A DNA stretch of 64,000 bases from the human T2T-CHM13v2.0 reference genome, Homo sapiens, in NCBI GenBank assembly GCA_009914755.4, contig CP086569.2, positions 1,984,001-2,048,000 of the forward strand. The letters run 5' to 3'. The notes beneath the pieces are model-generated. The model did not search any database. It worked only from the letters and a program-made list of their open reading frames with translations, and had not been told where the DNA came from. Below, piece by piece: positions 55,384-64,000 of this stretch; within the stretch, counting starts at the first letter, position 1; each line of letters starts with the position of its first letter. Both the position numbers and the translations under genes were made by a program.

Positions 55384-56486
55384 GATCATGCCGCCATTTT
55401 ATCACCGTTCTATGGTATCATGCCGCCATTTTATCACCGTTCTATGGTATCATGCCGCCATTTTATCACCGTTCTATGGTATCATGCCTCCATTTTATCA
55501 CCGTTCTATGGTATCATGCCGCCATTTTATCACCGTTCTATGATATCATGCCGCCATTTTATCACCGTTCTATGGTATCATGCCACCATTTTATCACCGT
55601 TCTATGGTATCATGCCATTTTATCACCGTTCTATGGTATCATGCCGCCATTTTATCACCGTTCTATGATATCATGCCGCCATTTTATCACCGTTCTATGG
55701 TATCATGCCGCCATTTTATCACCGTTCTATGGTATCATGCCATTTTATCACCGTTCTATGGTATCATGCCGCCATTTTATCACCGTTCTATGGTATCATG
55801 CCGCCATTTTATCACCGTTCTATGGTATCATGCCGCCATTTTATCACCGTTCTATGGTATCATGCCGCCATTTTATCACCGTTCTATGGTATCATGCCAT
55901 TTTATCACCTTTCTATGGTATCATGCTGCCATTTTATCACCGTTCTATGGTATCATGCCATTTTATCACCGTTCTATGGTATCATGCCTCCATTTTATCA
56001 CTGTTCTATATCATGCCTCCATTTTATCACTGTTCTATGGTGTCATGCCGCCATTTTATCACTGTTCTATGGTATCATGCCGCCATTTTATCACTGTTCT
56101 ATGGTAACATGCCTCCATTTTATCACTGTTCTATGGTATCATGCCGCCATTTTATCACCGTTCTATGGTATCATGCCTCCATTTTATCACCGTTCTATGA
56201 TATCATGCCGCCATTTTATCACTGTTCTATGGTATCATGCTGCCATTTCATCACTGTTCTATGGTATCATGCCTCCATTTTATCACTGTTCTATGGTATC
56301 ATGCCGCCATTTTATCACCGTTCTATGGTATCATGCTGCCATTTTATCACCGTTCTATGGTATCATGCCTCCATTTTATCACCGTTCTATGGTATCATGC
56401 TTCCATTTTATCACCGTTCTATGATATCATGCTGCCATTTTATCACCGTTCTATGGTATCATGCTGCCATTTCATCACTGTTCTAC
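55384..56486 (+). repeat. 32-bp VNTR/minisatellite, ~35 copies (unit TATCATGCCGCCATTTTATCACCGTTCTATGG; 29-bp variant lacking GCC)
   Basis: Perfect head-to-tail periodicity over ~1.1 kb with T/C, C/T and 3-bp indel unit variants; explains the spurious 370-aa ORF and its overlapping ORFs. Confidence 0.97.
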
Positions 56487-57109
56487 GAATAATAACACAT
56501 CAGCATCGAAGGAGATGAGGGAACATGCATGATGGAGCTGTGGGAGAAGAATCCCCGCCACAAAACCGGCCCAGGATCCTGGGCACAGAGATATTTCCAC
56601 ACTCAACACACAGGGACTGAGGTGAAAGGAGACGGCTGGGTGGGATGGAGGAGATAAGGGAGGAGACCCCTGATCCACACAGCACAGCCATGTTTGGAGG
56701 GGAATCATAATGCTACGTAGGATGTCTAAGCTCTCCTCAAGATGCGAGGCTGGGAGTCCCTTTCCAGAGCCTCAGAGAGCATACTGGTCTTAGGTCCAGG
56801 TTACTGCCATTGAATGGTAGTAGGCACATCCCCACAGAACTGGGCTGGCATCTGTAGGGATCTACATCAGTGGTTTTCCATTGGAGGCCTTTTTGTTTCC
56901 CCCTCCCCCAGGAACATATAGAAATGTCTGGAGGTATTTTTGGTTGTTATAACTGCGGTGGGGGGTATAGTGGGTACATCCATGTCAAGTGGGTGGAGCC
57001 CAGGGATCCTGCTCAACACGCTACAGTCCACAGCATGGCCTCACCACAGAGAATCATCCAGCTCCAGATGGACATACTGCCAAGGTTGACAAAGCCTGCC
57101 TTAGCATGA

Positions 57110-57710
57110 CAGATTGTATGCATATGTGATCCATTTGTCTGTGTGCCTATCATCCAACTCACTTCCTATCATCTATCACCTACCATTTATCTATCAACTA
57201 TTTATAGAATATCTATCGACCTATTTACCACCTATCACCTACTTATCTACCGTCTATCATTTATCTATTTACCATTTACAATCAAGCATCTACTTATCTA
57301 TCTACCATCATTTATCTATTTACCATTTATCATCTATCATCTACTTATCTACCATCATTTATCTATTTACCATTTATTATCTATCAAGTACATATTTATC
57401 TATCATTTATCTATCTTTGATCATTATATAGCATCTGTTTACTCTCTATCTACTGTCTATCATCTACCTATCATCTATTGACCATCGATCATTTATCTAC
57501 CTGTCATCTATTACCTATCATTGATCACAATCTATCATTGACCATTACTATCTATCTAGCTATTATCTATCTAGCTATTTTCTGTCTAACTAATATCTAT
57601 CTATGTATCCATCATCTATCTATATCACAGTGGTTTTCAACTGAGCAAAATTTCGCCTCCTCAGGGACAACTGGCATATCTATCTATCTATCTATCTGTC
57701 TGTCATTTCC
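57110..57710. repeat. Compound degenerate (TATC/TACC/CATT)n tract, ~600 bp
   Basis: CTATCATCTATCACCTACCATTTATCTATCAACTATTTATAGAATATCTATCGACC...TATCTATCTATCTATCTGTCTGTC; spurious I/Y/L/S-rich ORFs 57114-57720. Confidence 0.93.
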
Positions 57711-57739
57711 TCATTTATGAAATTGGGGTAATAACAATG

Positions 57740-57911
57740 CCTGCCTCAAAAATTGACAAATGAGATCTCATTAAACTAAAGAGCTTCTGCACAGCAAAAG
57801 AAACTATCATCAGAGCAAACAGGTAACCTACAGAATGGGAGAAAATTTTTGCAATCTATTCATCTGACAAAGGTCTAATGTCCAGAATCTACAAGGAACT
57901 TAAATAAATTC
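57740..57911 (+). mobile_element. L1 ORF2 fragment (sense)
   Basis: AATTGACAAATGAGATCTCATTAAACTAAAGAGCTTCTGCACAGCAAAAGAAACTATCATCAGAGCAAACAGGTAACCTACAGAATGGGAGAAAATTTTTGCAATCTATTCATCTGACAAAGGTCTAATGTCCAGAATCTACAAGGAACTTAAATAAATT. Confidence 0.85.
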
Positions 57912-58113
57912 TCCTGCCTCAGCCTCCCTGGTAGCTGTGACTACAGGCAGCCACCACCACGCCTGGCTGATTTTTGTATTTTTAGTAGAGGCAGGGTTTC
58001 ACCATGTTGGCCAGGCTGGTCTCGAACTCCTGACCACAAATGATCCACCCATCTCGGCCTCCCAAAGTGCTGGGATTACAGGTGTGAGCCACCGTGCCTG
58101 GCCAGGTTTTGGC
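57912..58113 (-). mobile_element. Alu fragment (reverse; ~200 bp, 5'-proximal two-thirds)
   Basis: CTCCTGCCTCAGCCTCCCTGGTAGCTGTGACTACAGGCAGCCACCACCACGCCTGGCTGATTTTTGTATTTTTAGTAGAGGCAGGGTTTCACCATGTTGGCCAGGCTGGTCTCGAACTCCTGACC ... GGATTACAGGTGTGAGCCACCGTGCCTGGCC. Confidence 0.9.
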
Positions 58114-58439
58114 CTTTTTGATGCCACTTTGCTTTGACCTTTACTTCTTTCTCCTGTATGCCTAGAGAGTTCATCCTAAGAGCTTGTCCTCATATCACCT
58201 CCCAGAATATGCAAACTTACAATCTCTTTACTTCTTAAAATTTTACCTTGGGGCTACCAAGCTCTGAAGATGGAAGTGAGATTTCCTCAAAATACACAGA
58301 AATGGGTAAATCCTCACATGCTTTCACAGGTATGCAGTCTTTAACCTGAGGTAGCTCAGGGATACCTATGGCTCCCAGGATACTCCACCATAGCAAAGGG
58401 TGACTGCCTTTGGTGAGCCTTGGGTGGATACTAGAGCTC

Positions 58440-58572
58440 TGTGAACACCGGGGCCTGTCGGGAGGTGGGGGGCAAGGGGAGGGAGAGCATTAGGACAAAT
58501 ACCTAATGCATGCTGGGCTTAAAACCTAGATGACGGGTTGATAGGTGTAGCAAACCACCATGGCACATGTAT
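58440..58572 (+). mobile_element. L1 3'-end fragment (sense)
   Basis: CACCGGGGCCTGTCGGGAGGTGGGGGGCAAGGGGAGGGAGAGCATTAGGACAAATACCTAATGCATGCTGGGCTTAAAACCTAGATGACGGGTTGATAGGTGTAGCAAACCACCATGGCACATGTATACATATG. Confidence 0.88.
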
Positions 58573-58823
58573 ACATATGAACTAGTTCTAGGAACAGTTC
58601 ACTGAACACTAGCGTTCTATGAACCCCCTCTCCCTGCCTGAAATGAATGCTGTCTTCACATGACATCCTACCCTCTGCCCAATGTCTTTCCCGAATGGGA
58701 ATCTCTTCACCACACGGCCAATTTATCACAAACCCTTCTCTAAACCCTTACAATAGGCAGGAAACTGCTCATACCCCTACGACGGCTGATGGCAGAGGAT
58801 AAAATATTAATTCTAAGAAAATA

Positions 58824-59136
58824 GGCCGGGTGTGGTGGCACACACCTTTAATCCCAGCACTTTGGGAGGCCGAGGCAGGTGGATCATCTGAGGTCAGGAA
58901 TTTGAGACCAGCCTGGCCAACCTAGTAAAACCCCATCTCTACTAAAAATACAAAACTAGCCAGGAGTGGTTGGGCATGGCTGTAATCCCAGCTACTCGGG
59001 AGGCTGACACAGAAGAATTACTTGAACCCAGAGGTGGAGGCTACGGTGAGCCGAGACCACGCCACTGCACTCCAGCCTGGGCAACAAGAGCGAAACTCAG
59101 TCTCAAAAAAAAAAAGAAAAGAAAAGAAAAAGAAAA
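58824..59136 (+). mobile_element. Alu SINE
   Basis: GGCCGGGTGTGGTGGCACACACCTTTAATCCCAGCACTTTGGGAGGCCGAGGCAGGTGGATCATCTGAGGTCAGGAATTTGAGACC ... CTCAAAAAAAAAAAGAAAAGAAAAGAAAAAGAAAA. Confidence 0.92.
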
Positions 59137-59269
59137 TAGTTCAGGTAATTCTTGGAAATTGTATTTTTATACCCTCTAATATTTAAATGACCATCAATAT
59201 ACAACCAGGGTAGGGGGTTAATAAATAAAGGATAGCATTCTTTGCTGCATCCTGGGCTTATTTTTCTCA

Positions 59270-59556
59270 TTCTTTTTCTGTGACACTGTCTCATTCCATC
59301 AGCCAGGCTGAAGAGCAGTGGAGCAGTCACAGCTCACTGCAGCCTCCACCTCCTGGGCTCAAGCAATCCTCCTGCCTCAGCATCTTGAGAGGGAGACCAG
59401 AAGCATATGCCATCATACCCGGATAATTTTTTTTTTTTTTCCTGTAGAGACGAGATCTTGCTATGTTGCCCAGGCTAGTCTCAAATTCCTGGGCTCAAGT
59501 GATGCTCCCGCCTTGGCCTCCCAAAAGTGCTGGGATTACAGGCAGGAGCCACCATG
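59270..59556 (-). mobile_element. Alu SINE (reverse; old AluJ-like)
   Basis: GACACTGTCTCATTCCATCAGCCAGGCTGAAGAGCAGTGGAGCAGTCACAGCTCACTGCAGCCTCCACCTCCTGGGCTCAAGCAATCC ... GGGATTACAGGCAGGAGCCACCATG. Confidence 0.85.
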
Positions 59557-59821
59557 GATCATTCGTGTGTACAATATTCTCACTCCTTTGCACCGGAATA
59601 AAACCCAGCCCCCTGGAAAGCTGACTCTGAGACTTTGTGAGGATGTGTATGTGCGGTTTCTCATCTGAATGCAGCCATTTCACGAACACCAGCCATTCCC
59701 CAGGCTTCAGTTAAGCCATTCCCCATCAGGAAGATATAGGGCCCCCTTTCAAGAGGAACCACAATGGCTAAAACTACAATCTTCACAGCACACATGGCTT
59801 CAGCAAATACAGAGAGATGCT

Positions 59822-60131
59822 AGCCGGGCGCAGTGGCTCACACCTATAATCCCAGCACTTTGGGAGGCTGAGGTGGGCGGATCACAAAGTCAGGAGTTCA
59901 AGACCAGCCTGACCAACATGGTGAAATCCCGTCTCTACTAAAAATACAAAAATTAGCCACGCGTGGTGGTAGGTGCCTGTAATCCCAGCAACTCAGGAGG
60001 CTGAGGCAAGAGAATCGCTTGAACCTGGGAGGCAGAGGATGCAGTGAGCCAAGCTTGTGCCACTGCACTCCAGCCTGGGAGATAGAGCAAGACTGTCTCA
60101 AAAAAAAAAAGAAAAAAGAAAAAAAAAAAAG
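59822..60131 (+). mobile_element. Alu SINE
   Basis: AGCCGGGCGCAGTGGCTCACACCTATAATCCCAGCACTTTGGGAGGCTGAGGTGGGCGGATCACAAAGTCAGGAGTTCAAGACC ... A-rich tail with G interruptions. Confidence 0.93.
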
Positions 60132-60634
60132 AACGATGCTACATTCTCAGAAAATTAGTTTTACATTGAAGCTTCATTTGGGAATTGAAAATAAGAACAG
60201 GGAAATACATTTTTCTTTTCTAGAGAAAATAAACAAGGACAAAGATGCATGGAAAATAATATTTTAAATGTCTCCTATTGACCTAAGTTATAAAGTCATT
60301 TTTTATGTAATAACAAAATAATTGGAGAGGCGTACCCAAGAGCACAATAGTCTCTGAAATGTCTTATTTCATGTACACTCAGGCACACAAAGACACATAC
60401 ATAATTTATAACTAATTTAGCAAAACATTATGATTTGATACAACTGGATGGTGGGTACACAAATGCTGTTCAAATTATTCTCTGCGTCTTTCAAATGTGT
60501 GAAATGTTTTATAATGAAACATTTTTAGAAGGCACATTGAAGTTCAAACAACTGCTAAACAATGAAAAAGATAAATGGTTGTATTCAAATGCTTACGGGT
60601 ATTTACTCATTAAGAATATTTTGAGGCCAGGCAC

Positions 60635-61034
<400 letters not shown>

Positions 61035-61212
61035 TTACGATTTGATACAACTGGATGGTGGGTACACAAATGCTGTTCAAATTATTCTCTGCGTCTTTCA
61101 AATGTGTGAAATGTTTTATAATGAAACATTTTTATGAGGCACATTGAAGTTCAAACAATTGCTAAACAACAAAAAACATAAATGGTTGTATTCAAATGCT
61201 TACGGGTATTTA

Positions 61213-61527
<315 letters not shown>

Positions 61528-61640
61528 CCCGGGAGGTGGAGCTTGCAGTGAGCCGAGATCGCACCACTGCACTCCAGCCTGGGCGAAAGAGCAAGACTCC
61601 ATCTCAAATAAATAAATAAAAGTAAATAAGTAAATAAAAA
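61528..61640 (+). mobile_element. Partial Alu (3' ~85 bp + (AAATA)-rich tail); TSD AAGAATATTTTGA shared with first Alu of the duplication
   Basis: CCCGGGAGGTGGAGCTTGCAGTGAGCCGAGATCGCACCACTGCACTCCAGCCTGGGCGAAAGAGCAAGACTCCATCTCAAATAAATAAATAAAAGTAAATAAGTAAATAAAAAAG then AATATTTTGAAACTAC. Confidence 0.85.
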
Positions 61641-62094
61641 AGAATATTTTGAAACTACACATTGCCTTCTGTGTAAATTAAAAGCCAATGAAAGCCTCCT
61701 GATTTTCAGGGTGTCTCATTTCTACCCTATAGAAGCAAACCTACCACACCCTTCACTGAGGAGCCTTCGTGACCCTACCAAGGGGGAAAGAGCTTGTCTT
61801 TTCAATGAGTTTAAGAGCTTTGCTTCTGCGGTTGAAACTTCCCCCCAGCCAGCATTTCATGTTGAGAGACAGTGGCTAAGCTGATGTGGAAATAACACAA
61901 GAAATCTTGTCTGAAGATGGGTGATACCAACATCAGAACTGGAGACAGCAGGTACTGTGATTCAGGCGAAACTCTCACCACTAATTGGTGGAGAGAAGAA
62001 AAGAAAATGAGCAAATGAACTCTGATTTTGAAGAACTTCATTGAATCAGGCTTATCTTGATGTCTTGTGAGTCAACAAGATGCAGCTGGACTAG

Positions 62095-62619
<525 letters not shown>

Positions 62620-62770
62620 TGAAATGTGCATGACAGAGACCCCAAGGCTGTCTTTTCCAGCAGGAGCTCCGGGTTCATGACTGAGGATAGATGCTTCCCA
62701 ACCTGCTCCTCACTCTCCAAAGAGCTTGCAAGTGGGCACAGATGAACCAAGCTCACCTTCCTGACAATGA

Positions 62771-63133
<363 letters not shown>

Positions 63134-63734
63134 TGAGGGCTTTGTATTTTACGGAGACACAATCAGTCCATCATTCCACACAACTGTGCTGTTGGGAATC
63201 TGTGAAGGTTAAGAATTCCCCACTGCCTTTGTCTTCCAGAAAATGGTTTTACTGAAAAAAAAAAAAAAAAAATTCCCTTCCTCATTACTCACAGATGCTT
63301 CCAAGTCAGCCTAGGACAAGGCTGGCCACATCCTCCAAATTCACATTCTTTATTTGCCCCTTCAGGGATGGACTGAATTCCTCGTCTTCCTTGACCTGAA
63401 CAAAATTCCCATCTAACGTGATCACATTTTGGTTGGGTTTCTCTCCTCCTATCAGGCCCCGGGATGTTGGGCCAGCCTCACCTGGAGCAAACGTCAGAGG
63501 ATCAAGCAACGCTTCCTTAGGACCTGCTCAAAATTAGCTATGCAGCCACAGGGTTTGGCAGCTTTTATCCATGACTGAACCCCACATCGAACGACCCCAA
63601 TCACGGTTGTTCCGAGCATCACGTGCCTGTCCCTAGAAAAGAAAATGGTATGCTGCCTGCGCTCCAAGAGGCTCCCAGATGTCACTGCTCGGGTGTGCTT
63701 CATGGTGCTATAGGCAGCGTCCACCAGTGGTTGC

Positions 63735-64000
63735 ATTAGTCCCTCCTCCTCTTGTTACAATAGTTCCTCCCCTATTACCATAATCCCTCCCCGCCATTAC
63801 CATAGTCCCCCCTCCTCCATTACCGTAGTCCCTCCTTCCGTTACCATAGACCCTCCTCCGTTACCACAGTCCCTTCTCCCGTTACCGTAGTCCCTCCCCA
63901 TTACCATAGTCCCTCCTCCATTACCATAGACCCTTCTACTTCTGTTACCATAGTCCCTCCTCCATTACCATAGACCCTCCTCCCGTTACTATAGTCCCTC
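63735..64000 (+). repeat. 19-20-bp minisatellite (unit ~CCATTACCATAGTCCCTCCT), >=13 copies, truncated by window end
   Basis: ...CCCCTATTACCATAATCCCTCCCCGCCATTACCATAGTCCCCCCTCCTCCATTACCGTAGTCCCTCCTTCCGTTACCATAGACCCTCCTCCGTTACCACAGTCCCTTCTCCCGTTACCGTAGTCCCTCC... Confidence 0.9.

Noticed and set aside
55384-56486. Regularly spaced identical 32-bp repeats superficially reminiscent of a CRISPR array
   Set aside because: The repeats are directly adjacent with no unique spacers. The context is primate nuclear DNA saturated with Alu and L1. It is a minisatellite, not CRISPR.
55380-56518. 370-aa ORF plus four overlapping ORFs with repeating MPPFYHRSMVSCRHFITVLWYHAAILSPFYGI peptide
   Set aside because: Pure frame-walking through the 32-bp VNTR (32 is not a multiple of 3, so all three frames recur); not a protein.

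Overview
This window is primate (human-type) genomic DNA, and I could support no bacterial or otherwise novel biological system in it. It is very repeat-dense. I count about 55 Alu SINE copies (full-length, truncated, tandemly duplicated or nested), many with target-site duplications (TSDs) I can read directly. There are also LINE-1 fragments (young L1P-type 3' ends and older L1M/L1PB-type 3' UTRs), several ERVL-MaLR LTRs (MLT1/MST/THE1-like), one MIR fragment, a Tigger-like DNA-transposon fragment, and two LTR-like elements of other ERV classes. Long low-complexity arrays are present: a roughly 1.5 kb G-rich (GGGGA/GGAGG)n tract, a roughly 0.8 kb (GGAA/GGGA)n tract, GA/GGA tracts, a compound TATC/TACC tract, a 32-bp VNTR of about 35 copies, and a 19-20-bp minisatellite at the window end. 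I found no convincing protein-coding exon. Every long ORF in the six-frame track is a translation of Alu or of a tandem or simple repeat. The most interesting observations are two independent CpG-containing tandem arrays whose units carry YY1-type motifs: the 32-bp VNTR (reverse strand AAAATGGCGGC) and a 49-bp x6 array inside a solo-LTR-like element (palindromic AAGATGGCGGCTCCATCTT). Both could act as clustered, methylation-sensitive regulatory platforms, as is known for YY1 repeat arrays at imprinted and macrosatellite loci. Other notable structures are mostly structural rearrangements. One is a composite tandem array of L1-fragment-plus-Alu units with a later AluY insertion. Another is an Alu whose interior is replaced by 265 bp of filler DNA carrying a MIR piece, all within one TSD. 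The rest are recent tandem duplications of Alu-containing units and the triplicated 3' half of a MaLR LTR. All coordinates are approximate to within about 5 bp. Repeat family names are recalled from consensus sequences, not from a database search.
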